From Bordetella parapertussis (GTDB lineage Bacteria; Pseudomonadota; Gammaproteobacteria; Burkholderiales; SG8-41): DNA of 38,083 bases. The translations under genes were made by a program, and so were the position numbers. Of this stretch, positions 20,090-28,485 are shown in pieces (position 1 is the first letter of the stretch; every line of letters starts with the position of its first letter). The stretch is from positions 1-38,083 of the forward strand of contig CAMDDY010000002.1 in NCBI GenBank assembly GCA_945893125.1, written 5' to 3'. A model generated the notes under the pieces. The model was not told the DNA's origin, searched no databases, and saw nothing but the letters and a program-made list of their open reading frames with translations.

Positions 20090-21079
20090 ATGAGCCGATT
20101 GCCGACCGTTATCTGCGCCGCACTGCCGATGGTGCTAATGGTGCTAATGGGGCCGCCGCTTGCCCAGCATGCACAGGCCCAAGCCTTCCCCTCAAAACCC
20201 ATCCGCATCATCGCCCCATTCCCGCCCGGCGCGGGCACCGACACGCTGGCGCGCACGCTCGCCGGCCCGCTGTCAAAAGCACTGGGCCAGAACGTCATCG
20301 TCGAGAACCGCCCTGGTGCGGGCACTGTCGTGGGCACGGAGGTGGCGGCGCGCGCGCCGGGTGACGGGCACACCGTGCTGATAGTCGCGAACAGTTTCAC
20401 CATCAACCCGGCAGTGCGCGCCAAGTTGCCGTACGACGCGCTGAAGGATTTCACCGGTGTCGCGCGCCTCGCTTCGACGCCGATGATTTTGGCCGTGCAT
20501 CCCTCGGTGCCCGCCACGTCATTGAAAGCGTTGATCGCGCTGGCACGCGCGCGCCCCGGCGAGTTGAGCTATGCGAGCAGCGGGGCGGGCACCGGCCACC
20601 ATCTTGCCGGCGAGTTGTTCAAGTCGCTGGCGAAGATTGATCTCATACACGTGCCGTATCAGGGCGGCGCGCCAGCGGCGATTGCGGTGATCGGCGGGCA
20701 CACCAGCATATTGCTGGTAAACATTTTGTCGGTGGCGACGCATCTGCCGAGCGGCAGGCTGCGCGCGCTGGCGGTGACTTCGCCCGAGCGCGCGGAATTA
20801 CTCAAGGACGTGCCGACGGTCGCAGAGTCCGGGTTCCCCGGCTTTGATACTTCAATCTGGTTCGGCTCGGTGGTGCCCGCTTCGACGCCGAAGGAAGCCG
20901 TCAACCGCCTGAGCACGGAAATCCTGCGCGCCTTGCAGCTTGCCGAAGTCAAGGATGTCGTCAACAAGGTGGGCCTTGATGTTGCAGGCCTGCCCGCCGC
21001 GGAGTTCGACGCCTTCCTGCGCAATGAGACGCGTAACAACGAAAAAATCGCGCGCGCGGTTAAACTCCGGCTCGACTAA
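20090..21079 (+). CDS. Bug/TctC-family periplasmic solute-binding protein
   Basis: ATG at 20090 after GGGAG. Signal peptide, then FPSKPIRIIAPFPPGAGTDTLAR, NRPGAGT and ASSGAGTGHHLAGELF, hallmarks of tripartite tricarboxylate transporter receptors. Confidence 0.9.
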   Translation: MSRLPTVICAALPMVLMVLMGPPLAQHAQAQAFPSKPIRIIAPFPPGAGTDTLARTLAGPLSKALGQNVIVENRPGAGTVVGTEVAARAPGDGHTVLIVANSFTINPAVRAKLPYDALKDFTGVARLASTPMILAVHPSVPATSLKALIALARARPGELSYASSGAGTGHHLAGELFKSLAKIDLIHVPYQGGAPAAIAVIGGHTSILLVNILSVATHLPSGRLRALAVTSPERAELLKDVPTVAESGFPGFDTSIWFGSVVPASTPKEAVNRLSTEILRALQLAEVKDVVNKVGLDVAGLPAAEFDAFLRNETRNNEKIARAVKLRLD

Positions 21080-21149
21080 AAAACACGCGCATGACGGCCA
21101 TGCCGCGACTGTCGTAAACTCGCCATTCATTTCAAACAGGGAGAACACC

Positions 21150-21755
21150 ATGTTAACCATTTACGGTCATGCCAAATCACGCGGAGTGCGCGTGCTGTGG
21201 ATGGCGGGCGAACTCGGGCTTGCCTACGATCACAAGGATTATCTGCCGCGCTCGCCGGGCACGCAGACGCCGGAATTCAAGGCGCTGAATCCGAATGCAC
21301 GCGTGCCGGTGATCGACGACGACGGTTTTATTTTGTCGGAATCGATGGCGATCAATTTTTATCTGGCGAAAAAACACAAAAGCCCGCTGCTGCCGGCAGA
21401 CCCGAAAATCGAGGCGCTGGTGATTCAATGGAGCCTGTGGGAAACCGATCGTCTCGACCGCCAGATCGTCAATCACGCGCGCCACACCAGCGATTTGCCC
21501 GAAGCCGAACGCAAACCTGAAGTCGCTAAAGAAGCGTGGGGCGAATGCATCGCGGCGTTCGACGTGCTGGAAGCCGCACTCAGCAAATCGGAATGGCTGG
21601 CGGGATCGTCATTCACGGCAGCCGATCTGAACGTGGCCGGCGCGATGTTTCGCGGGTTGGTGCTCGACTTGAGCAAGTGGCCGAAGACGCAGGCGTGGCT
21701 GAAACGCTGCTGGGATCGCCCGGCGGCGCAGAAAGCGAAGGCGATGCGCGGTTGA
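21150..21755 (+). CDS. glutathione S-transferase
   Basis: ATG at 21150 after GGGAG. 201 aa with the thioredoxin-like N-domain (NPNARVPVIDDDGFILSESMAINFYL). Confidence 0.85.
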   Translation: MLTIYGHAKSRGVRVLWMAGELGLAYDHKDYLPRSPGTQTPEFKALNPNARVPVIDDDGFILSESMAINFYLAKKHKSPLLPADPKIEALVIQWSLWETDRLDRQIVNHARHTSDLPEAERKPEVAKEAWGECIAAFDVLEAALSKSEWLAGSSFTAADLNVAGAMFRGLVLDLSKWPKTQAWLKRCWDRPAAQKAKAMRG

Positions 21756-21780
21756 TATCGTACGGCGACGCATGGCATGT

Positions 21781-21891
21781 GTAGGTTGGCGCTGACGAAG
21801 GAAGCCCAACACCGCCCACCGTGGTCAATCAATCGGCGTCACTATCGCAACCACCGTGGTGTTGGGCTTCGCAGGCTCAGCGCCAACCTAC
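21781..21891. repeat. REPIN-like inverted REP doublet (GTAGGTTGGCGCTGA ... TCAGCGCCAACCTAC)
   Basis: The 45-nt left arm (21781-21825) and 42-nt right arm (21850-21891) are near-perfect reverse complements. Both REP units begin with GTAG. The element lies between convergent genes. Confidence 0.85.
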
Positions 21892-21952
21892 CAGCGGATA
21901 TCACAGCGGTCGCAGGGCGCCATAACCAATTGCCGATTGCGCCCACGGCAAA

Positions 21953-22702
21953 TTACAAATACCGCGTCGGCCAGTTGATGGTGCGCCATATATGAGCCGT
22001 GGGGCTGTCATCGAAGCCCAGCCCTTCTTTCGGCTGGCGGAAATGCCGCCCCACGATGTCGGTGAATGCTTCCAGTTCAACGTGCACGTTCGGATCGAAG
22101 GCGTATAGATCGTTGACCGTCAGCAGCCGCGCTGCTTCGTAATATTTGTGCTGGCGCGCGTGTTCATGCGCACGGTCGAGATACGGCTCCGGCTTGTACT
22201 GCGGCCCGAACAGGCGGATGTAGGACTCCGGATATTTATAGCCGTAGGCCTCGTCGGGATAAAAGCGCAACACCTGGTGATAACGAATCGCGAACGAGAC
22301 TTCTTCATCGACGTACGGTTCGAGCATCTGCGCGGCCCAGTAGCCGTGATCGGCGCGGATGAATCCGCCAGCAGCGATATCGTGGATCAAACAGGCGAGA
22401 ATGACATTTTCGCTGCAACCGTTTTGCTGCGCCAGCCGCGCGCGTTGCAGCATGTGTATCGACGGGCCGAAGCGCAACCTGAAAAAATCAAGCAGCGTGG
22501 GTTTGTCCGGCAAACGCGGCAAACGCGGATCATGATGCATCAAATGCAGCTTGCCCTTGGTATCGGGATGTTCCGGCGGTTTGCGCGGGTCACGCTCGCC
22601 CGAGGTGTAGATGGTGGATTTGACGATCACGTAACGATCCATCGCTTCCGCGGCGGCGTGGTCAAAGGCTTCGGCTTTTTGCAAGGCTGACATAGCTGAC
22701 AT
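21953..22702 (-). CDS. HD-domain metal-dependent phosphohydrolase/oxygenase superfamily protein
   Basis: ATG at 22702 is 7 nt after AAGGAG; the track start at 22777 is GTG. 249 aa with an LIHDIA (HD) motif and further His-rich motifs (RYHQ, HEHARQH). Confidence 0.7.
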   Translation of the reverse strand: MSAMSALQKAEAFDHAAAEAMDRYVIVKSTIYTSGERDPRKPPEHPDTKGKLHLMHHDPRLPRLPDKPTLLDFFRLRFGPSIHMLQRARLAQQNGCSENVILACLIHDIAAGGFIRADHGYWAAQMLEPYVDEEVSFAIRYHQVLRFYPDEAYGYKYPESYIRLFGPQYKPEPYLDRAHEHARQHKYYEAARLLTVNDLYAFDPNVHVELEAFTDIVGRHFRQPKEGLGFDDSPTAHIWRTINWPTRYL

Positions 22703-22842
22703 AGTGGCGCTCCTTATTAACGGATCCATCCCGGACAAGATTATTTTAGACGCAATCCGCACCCCGGCGCCAGTCACCGCGGCGCCCGGCGTGCGATAAT
22801 CGTTCGCATACGAAACAGTAACGAACCGTTTACGGAAAAATC

Positions 22843-23253
22843 ATGACCACGCCGGCCAACGTTCAAGTGGTCAACATCAACGAACTGATACGCTATTCAC
22901 CCGACGCGCGCGTCAATCAGCCCGTGCTGAACTCGAAGGACATGATCACGCGGATCAATTGCTACGAGCCGGGGCAGATCACGCCGCTGCACCTGCATCC
23001 GGATGACGACGAGGTCGTGTTCTGTGTCGAAGGCCGCGGGCGTTTGACGTTCGAGCAGCGCGACGCCGTACCGTTGACGCCCGGTACCATCGTGAATCTG
23101 CCGGCGGGACTTGCGCACCGTATCGAAGCCGCGCCGGACAGCCGTATGGTCGTGGTCTATTGGGCCCTCGCGCGATACACCAGCGTTCGGCTGCACACTG
23201 AATCGGGCTATAGCAGCATGCGCCAATCCGGCGAGCAGCCTCCCTCCAGGTAA
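22843..23253 (+). CDS. cupin-domain protein
   Basis: 136 aa with the cupin_2 motif PLHLHPDDDEVVFCVEGRG ... PAGLAHRI. Confidence 0.8.
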   Translation: MTTPANVQVVNINELIRYSPDARVNQPVLNSKDMITRINCYEPGQITPLHLHPDDDEVVFCVEGRGRLTFEQRDAVPLTPGTIVNLPAGLAHRIEAAPDSRMVVVYWALARYTSVRLHTESGYSSMRQSGEQPPSR

Positions 23254-23297
23254 AGAACGTAGACGAGTTCCATCTGCGGGCGTCGGCCTGCCCACTA

Positions 23298-24035
23298 CTA
23301 CAACCGATTCGCTTTGAGAAACGTGCGGATGTGCCGCACCGCCAGCATTACGTTCTCTTTTTTATCCTTCCACGGAAACAGGCTCACTTGCGCATTTAGC
23401 GCGAGGTGCGTCATTTCCATCGCCGTGGCGTAGGGGTGTGACGGCACATTGTCCGGCAGCACGAGCATCGGCGTCTGGCAGGCGCGCACGAAATCACGCG
23501 ATACCGTGAGCACAAAATCGACGCCCCTGTACATTTTGTCGAGGTAGCGATTGACCATATCCATGGTGATGTCCGGTTGGCTGGCGACGAGACCGGGCGC
23601 CCATATTTTTAGATTGTTCTTGATGAAGTGGTCCGGGTAATTGGGATCAACGCCGCTGGGCTGCGCATGCACCGAGGCAACGATGCGTCCGGGCGCGCGT
23701 TTCTGCAAGTTCCAGATCAGCGGGTTGCCAATGCAAAAACCCATCACAAAAAACTTGTCGACGCCCAGGTGATCCAGCAAGCCTAGCTGATCGTTGGTAT
23801 GCGCGTCCCACGGCGCGTCGAAATCGAGCGGGCCGGTGGATTGCCCGCCGTTGGCGTTGCGCAGATCCATGCTGATGCAGCGATACTCCGACTTGAATTC
23901 TTCAACCGCGTCGAACGGGCAGTTGGCGTAGGCTACTTTCGAATTCAGCCCGCCGCCGTAAATGATGAACAACGGAAAGCCGGAGCCGGCCTCTTCATAG
24001 CGGATGCGAACGTTTCCTTTTTCATAGAACGGCAT
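23298..24035 (-). CDS. alpha/beta-hydrolase fold protein with Cys at the nucleophile elbow
   Basis: ATG at 24035 after AAGGAG. 245 aa. N-terminal VRIRYEEAGSGFPLFIIYGGG, and nucleophile elbow G-F-C-I-G (23727-23741) in place of G-x-S-x-G. Confidence 0.75.
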   Translation of the reverse strand: MPFYEKGNVRIRYEEAGSGFPLFIIYGGGLNSKVAYANCPFDAVEEFKSEYRCISMDLRNANGGQSTGPLDFDAPWDAHTNDQLGLLDHLGVDKFFVMGFCIGNPLIWNLQKRAPGRIVASVHAQPSGVDPNYPDHFIKNNLKIWAPGLVASQPDITMDMVNRYLDKMYRGVDFVLTVSRDFVRACQTPMLVLPDNVPSHPYATAMEMTHLALNAQVSLFPWKDKKENVMLAVRHIRTFLKANRL

Positions 24036-24072
24036 GCGTCTTCTCCTTGTGTATGCCTGCGCGGGCCGCGCG

Positions 24073-24765
24073 TTAAAACTTCTCCACCCACGGCCTGACT
24101 TCAATCTCCCAGGTCCACGCGCTGCGGTGTTGTTTCAGCAAATGCACGTAGCTTTGCGCAATCGCCGCCGGATCGAGCAGGCTGTCGGGTTTGTCCGCCG
24201 GCACGGGACGTTCGGCGGAGCTGATGCCGCCGTCGATGACGACATGCGCGACGTGGATGTTTTGCGGCGCGAGTTCACGCGCCATGCTCTGCGCCAAGCC
24301 GCGTAGCGCGAATTTCCCCATCGCAAACGCGGCGGATTGCGCATAACCTTTCACGCTGGCGGAGGCGCCGGTGAAAATAATCGTGCCCGTGCCGTGCTTT
24401 GACATGCGCTTCGCCGCCGCCTGCCCGACCAAAAACCCGCCGTAGGCCGACACCGCAATCGCGTCGGCCACCAGCTTCGGATCGAGGCCAATCAGTGGCC
24501 CGCGCACGCGTCCGCTGGCGTTATACACCACCACTGTTGGCGCATCGCACAGCGTATCCAGTTGCGCGAACAACGCTTCGACTTGATCCGGCTGCGCGCT
24601 GTCGCACGCGATGGCCGTCGCACTGATTTCATCGCACAAGGGCTTCAGTTTATCGGTACGGCGCGCGGCCAGCACGCAGTGCAGACCTTCGCCGGCAAAG
24701 GCTCTGGCGACTGCGGCGCTCAGTCCGCTGCCGGCGCCGACGATCAGTGCAGTCGCTTTATTCAT
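24073..24765 (-). CDS. short-chain dehydrogenase/reductase (SDR)
   Basis: 230 aa with the Rossmann motif ALIVGAGSGLS, NASG, and YAQSAAFAMGK (the Y-x3-K region is slightly atypical). Confidence 0.85.
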   Translation of the reverse strand: MNKATALIVGAGSGLSAAVARAFAGEGLHCVLAARRTDKLKPLCDEISATAIACDSAQPDQVEALFAQLDTLCDAPTVVVYNASGRVRGPLIGLDPKLVADAIAVSAYGGFLVGQAAAKRMSKHGTGTIIFTGASASVKGYAQSAAFAMGKFALRGLAQSMARELAPQNIHVAHVVIDGGISSAERPVPADKPDSLLDPAAIAQSYVHLLKQHRSAWTWEIEVRPWVEKF

Positions 24766-25175
24766 CGCTGTAACTGTGTCGCCGTCTTAGGCAACGCCTC
24801 GATGTTCATCGACCACGGCATCGCGGAGCGGCACCAGCCTTGTTTTTTCGGCGGCAACTGCGCCCGTTGCCGCGCGGTGCCGACGCGCAATCCGTAAACC
24901 TGTGGATCCGCTTCAACCGAGGTGGAATACATCGGCGTGCCGCATTCCGGGCAAAACGCGTGCGCGCGTTGATTGCCGCTTTCGGCGGTTTTGAAGTACA
25001 CCTTGGGTGCGCCGCCACGCAGCTTCAAATCCTGCTTGCGCACGCGCACATTCACGCGATACGCCGTGCCGGTGAGCGCCTGGCAATCGGCGCAGTGACA
25101 AATGCTCACCGCGTCCGGGTCGATCTCCGCTTCGTAGGTGATATTGCCGCAATGACAGCCGCCGTCGATATGCAT
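24762..25175 (-). CDS. GFA-family (glutathione-dependent formaldehyde-activating / CENP-V-like) zinc protein
   Basis: 137 aa with GGCHCGNI, CHCADCQ and FCPECGTP Cys clusters. Its stop overlaps the SDR start (ATGA, 24762-24765). Confidence 0.85.
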   Translation of the reverse strand: MHIDGGCHCGNITYEAEIDPDAVSICHCADCQALTGTAYRVNVRVRKQDLKLRGGAPKVYFKTAESGNQRAHAFCPECGTPMYSTSVEADPQVYGLRVGTARQRAQLPPKKQGWCRSAMPWSMNIEALPKTATQLQR

Positions 25176-25199
25176 GCCCGTCTCCCGGTAGTTAGTCTC

Positions 25200-25922
25200 T
25201 CAGTTCTTGGTCGCGCCCGCCAGCCGCGCGGCGTTGTCCTTGGTGTCGTATAGACTGATGGTCTCTTTGCCCTCGGTGGCCTGGTTCATGCGCTCGCGAA
25301 TTTCGGGCGCCATCTTGTCATTACGCTGCACCGCGGGCCGCGCCTGCATCGCTTCGTACCAACGCATGAAATTCGGATAGCCCGCCTTGTCGATGCCGCG
25401 ATCCTTGTGCATCTTGGTCCACGGATACACCGCCATGTCGGCGATGGTGTATTCGTCGCAGCCGATCCACGCGCTGTCGCGCAGACGGTTGTCGAGCACA
25501 CGATACAAACGAATCGATTCGTTGTTGTAACGCTCGGTGGGGTACGGCAGGCGTTCCTTGGCGTAATTGTTGAAGTGATTGGCCTGGCCGAACATCGGGC
25601 CGACATGCGCCATCTGAAAAATCAGCCACTGCATCACGTCGTAACGCTTGCGCGCGTCCTTCGGCAAAAATTGGCCGGTTTTTTCGGCCAGATAAAACAG
25701 AATCGCACCCGACTCCATCATGGTGTAACGCCCGCCGCCGGGGCCGTCGGTATCGACTATCGCGGGGATGCGGTTGTTCGGCGAGAGTTTCAGATACGCC
25801 GGCGTGAACTGATCGCCGAGGCGGATATTGACGTCGATGTGTTTCCATTCGAGGCCCAACTCCTCCAACATGATCATGACCTTCTGGCCGTTGGGGGTGG
25901 GGGTTGAGTGCAGTTCGATCAT
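25200..25922 (-). CDS. Nu-class glutathione S-transferase, YfcG-like
   Basis: 240 aa, colinear by eye with E. coli YfcG (TPTPNGQKV, SPNNRIPAIVD, ESGAILFYLAEKTG, GQANHF, ERY). Confidence 0.8.
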   Translation of the reverse strand: MIELHSTPTPNGQKVMIMLEELGLEWKHIDVNIRLGDQFTPAYLKLSPNNRIPAIVDTDGPGGGRYTMMESGAILFYLAEKTGQFLPKDARKRYDVMQWLIFQMAHVGPMFGQANHFNNYAKERLPYPTERYNNESIRLYRVLDNRLRDSAWIGCDEYTIADMAVYPWTKMHKDRGIDKAGYPNFMRWYEAMQARPAVQRNDKMAPEIRERMNQATEGKETISLYDTKDNAARLAGATKN

Positions 25923-25988
25923 GGCGTTCTCCAGTTTTGGGTGGGAATGAGGAAATTTAACATCAAACGTGCTGCGTAACGTGCGGTG

Positions 25989-27158
25989 CTAAAACGCAAA
26001 CTCCGGCCCATCCACATATTTAAACCGTTCCAGCGCGTCTTTGCGCAGCGTGAAGCCCAGCCCCGGCCGATCCGGCGCATGCACATAGCCGTCGCGGATG
26101 TCGTACGGCTCGTTAAACAGCTCGTTCATCATCGGCATATAACCTTGGCTGACTTCGAGGATGTGACAGTTGGCCGCCGACATCGCGACATGGATGCTCG
26201 CCGCGAACAACACGCCGGCGCCCCACGCGTGCGGCGCGAGACGCAGGTCATGCGCGGCGGTGAGCGCGGCGATACGGCGAATTTCGGTCAGGCCACCGGC
26301 ACGCGCGACATCCGGCTGCGCGATGTCAATGGATTTGTGTTCGATCATGCTGCGAAAACCGTAGCGCGAAAACTCGCGCTCGCCGGACGCGATGGGGATG
26401 CGCGTAGCGGCGCGCACCTCGGCCATGCCCGCGTGATTGTCGGGCGACACCGGCTCTTCGAACCATGCGATGTTGTAAGGCTCCAGCGCCTTGGCGAGGC
26501 GTATCGCCACCGGCGTTTCGAGCGAGGCGTGGGCGTCCACCATCAACTCGACATTGGGGCCGACGCCGCGCCGCGCGGCTTCGACGCGGCGCACGCAGTT
26601 TTCAATCGAAAATCCATCACGGCCCACCACGCGCATTTTTGCGGCAGTGAATCCCTTGGCTGCGTAGCCGCCGAGTTCCGCTTCGGCTTCATTGCCCGGC
26701 GCCCAGCCGCCGCTGGCGTAGCCGCGCACTTTATCGCGTACCGCGCCCAGCGCCTGATACACCGGGATGCCCAGCGCCTTGGCCTTCACATCCCAGATCG
26801 CGATGTCCACGCCGGAGATCGCCTCCATCACCATGCCGCTGCGGCGGCTGGTTTCGGCTTGCGGCACGCCGCGATCCAGTGCCGGTTTGGCGCGCGAACC
26901 GTTATACATTTTTTCGAAAATGCGCTCGGAGAACATCGGGTCTTCACCGATGAGTTCCGGCGCGAGTTCGTGTTCGACGATGGCGGCTATGACCGGCGGT
27001 GTGCCGAGTGCCGCGCCCATGCCGGTCAAGCCGTTGTCGGTTTCCACCAATATCAGCGTGGCGTCACTTTTCATTTTGGTGCCGAGGTCGGTGCGATGAC
27101 GGCGCTCGGGCGGCACCGGGTCGGACATGGGGATGGCGCGGACTTTGGTTATTTTCAT
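25989..27158 (-). CDS. enolase-superfamily enzyme (mandelate racemase/muconate lactonizing family, acid-sugar-dehydratase-like)
   Basis: ATG at 27158; the longer track ORF reads through a repeat element. 389 aa. Metal-ligand motifs LMVDAH, WFEEP and ASGERE, plus PDVARAGG and APHAWG (His/Asp dyad region). Confidence 0.9.
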   Translation of the reverse strand: MKITKVRAIPMSDPVPPERRHRTDLGTKMKSDATLILVETDNGLTGMGAALGTPPVIAAIVEHELAPELIGEDPMFSERIFEKMYNGSRAKPALDRGVPQAETSRRSGMVMEAISGVDIAIWDVKAKALGIPVYQALGAVRDKVRGYASGGWAPGNEAEAELGGYAAKGFTAAKMRVVGRDGFSIENCVRRVEAARRGVGPNVELMVDAHASLETPVAIRLAKALEPYNIAWFEEPVSPDNHAGMAEVRAATRIPIASGEREFSRYGFRSMIEHKSIDIAQPDVARAGGLTEIRRIAALTAAHDLRLAPHAWGAGVLFAASIHVAMSAANCHILEVSQGYMPMMNELFNEPYDIRDGYVHAPDRPGLGFTLRKDALERFKYVDGPEFAF

Positions 27159-27200
27159 GATTGCCTCTGGTGTAGAAACGAAAATCAAAAACCTTTTTGC

Positions 27201-27337
27201 CACAGATTTACGCAGATTGACGCAGATTAATAACCAACCCGTCATTCCCGTGCAGACGGGAACCCATAACACCTTGGCCTATGGCAATCTGTATCCACGC
27301 ACGGGCATCCATCTGCGTTCATCTGCGTAAATCTGTG
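27201..27337. repeat. nested palindromic MITE/REP-like element with CGCAGAT-unit arms
   Basis: Outer arms CACAGATTTACGCAGATTGACGCAGAT (27201-27227) and ATCTGCGTTCATCTGCGTAAATCTGTG (27311-27337) enclose an inner hairpin GTCATTCCCGTgcagACGGGAAC (27241-27263). Confidence 0.85.
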
Positions 27338-27421
27338 TCGAATAACTTTTGACGTTTATGCCGTCAAGCGCTTCGTGTTGCAGCATCGTGTTATCGTAAC
27401 CGTATGTTTTTAAACAATTAT

Positions 27422-28309
27422 TTATGGCCGGCTTTCACTCAGCGTAGCGATGCGGATGCCGATAAGCACCAGCGCCGCGCCCACGATCGCCACCGCGCCG
27501 AGTGTCTCGCCCAATAGTATCCACGCAAACAGGCTGGCCATCACGGGCTGCAACAACAGCCCCACCGACGACAGCGTGGCGGGCAAGTGCGCCATCGCGT
27601 AGGCGATCAAACTCTGCCCGGCGACCTGCGAGATCAGCGCGAGGCCGAATACTTTTAGCCAACCCATTTCCGTTACCGGGAAAAACACCTCTCCCGACAA
27701 CCACGCAATCGGCAATAAAAACGCCGCCGTCACTACACTGCTCATCGCCATGATGCGCGCCGTGCTCACCGTGCCGCGCAACCGTGTGACGGTAAGTTGA
27801 TAGGCTGCATAGAACATCGCCGTCACCACGCCCAACGCGTCGCCCAGCAATGCGCGGCCACTGGTGTGCGAAAAGTCGCCGCCCACCATCAGCATCACAC
27901 CGGTCAGCGCGGCCGCAAGGCCGGCAAGAAACATCGCCGCCGGTTTTTTGCGCCACAGCAGCCACGCCACCAGCGTGACAAATATCGGCGCCAGATTCGC
28001 CAGCACCACCGCATTGGCCACCGAGGTCAGCACGATCGACCAGTGCCACACCGCCAGATCGCCGGCGAAAAAGAAACCCGCTGCGAACAATAATCCGCGC
28101 GTATTGCCTGGCGCCGCAGTTGCCCCACGTTGATCCATCCACGCCCACGCGCACAAAAACGGCAGCGCCAGAAACACGCGCCAGAACGCGGTGGACACCG
28201 GCCCCGCTTCGCTCACCTTGACGAACAGCGCCGAGGTGCCGATGCAGGTCGCGCCGGCGAGTAAGGCGATGATGGCGAGGGTGCGGGCGCGGGATTCGGG
28301 AACGGTCAT
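27422..28309 (-). CDS. DMT-superfamily (EamA-like) transporter
   Basis: ATG at 28309. About 295 aa with 10 predicted TM helices in two EamA repeats. Confidence 0.8.
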   Translation of the reverse strand: MTVPESRARTLAIIALLAGATCIGTSALFVKVSEAGPVSTAFWRVFLALPFLCAWAWMDQRGATAAPGNTRGLLFAAGFFFAGDLAVWHWSIVLTSVANAVVLANLAPIFVTLVAWLLWRKKPAAMFLAGLAAALTGVMLMVGGDFSHTSGRALLGDALGVVTAMFYAAYQLTVTRLRGTVSTARIMAMSSVVTAAFLLPIAWLSGEVFFPVTEMGWLKVFGLALISQVAGQSLIAYAMAHLPATLSSVGLLLQPVMASLFAWILLGETLGAVAIVGAALVLIGIRIATLSESRP

Positions 28310-28357
28310 AACGGGTTGTGTTGGAAAAACAAGAACATCAGAAGAGCTCTTTCTCAC

Positions 28358-28468
28358 CCGTCATTCCGGCGGAAGCCGGAATCCAGTTCGTGTCCGATCC
28401 GAAGGATGAAAAATGCACGCGCTGCGTGTTTAGAACGCACTGGATACTGGCTTTCGCCAGTATGACGG
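28358..28468. repeat. REP-like element (CGTCATTCCGGCGGAAGCCGGAATCCAG ... CTGGATACTGGCTTTCGCCAGTATGACG)
   Basis: The two terminal units are each self-hairpins (TCCGGCggaaGCCGGA; ACTGGCtttcGCCAGT). Their flanks CGTCAT/ATGACG and ATCCAG/CTGGAT pair with each other. There is a central hairpin CACGCgctGCGTG. Confidence 0.85.
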
Positions 28469-28485
28469 TTTGGGATTTCCGCGAC

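Noticed and set aside
25986-27230. 414-aa ORF on the plus strand, and similar long ORFs at 3856..4680(+), 4734..5615(+), 9572..10348(-), 14879..15925(-), 28318..29292(+), 30931..31959(-) and 36490..37341(+)
   Set aside because: All lie antisense to, or in an alternative frame of, genes with clear family motifs. Their translations are Arg/Ala/His/Gly-rich low-complexity strings with no RBS. These are typical shadow ORFs of GC-rich DNA.
27159-27272. N-terminal extensions of track ORFs through repeat elements (also 28310..28357, 34855..34968 and 36039..36086)
   Set aside because: The extensions translate the REP/hairpin sequences (for example VCTGMTGWLLICVNLRKSVAK and GVGWVKPITN). They use GTG/TTG starts without an RBS. 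Internal ATG or GTG starts with good Shine-Dalgarno sequences give family-typical N-termini.
27201-27337. Short repeated units (CGCAGAT, GTGAAC, GCAAAG arrays) as a possible CRISPR array
   Set aside because: The units are 6-10 nt, directly abutting or separated by 1-8 nt. They are arranged as inverted arms of a single hairpin. There are no 25-40-nt repeats, spacers or cas genes.
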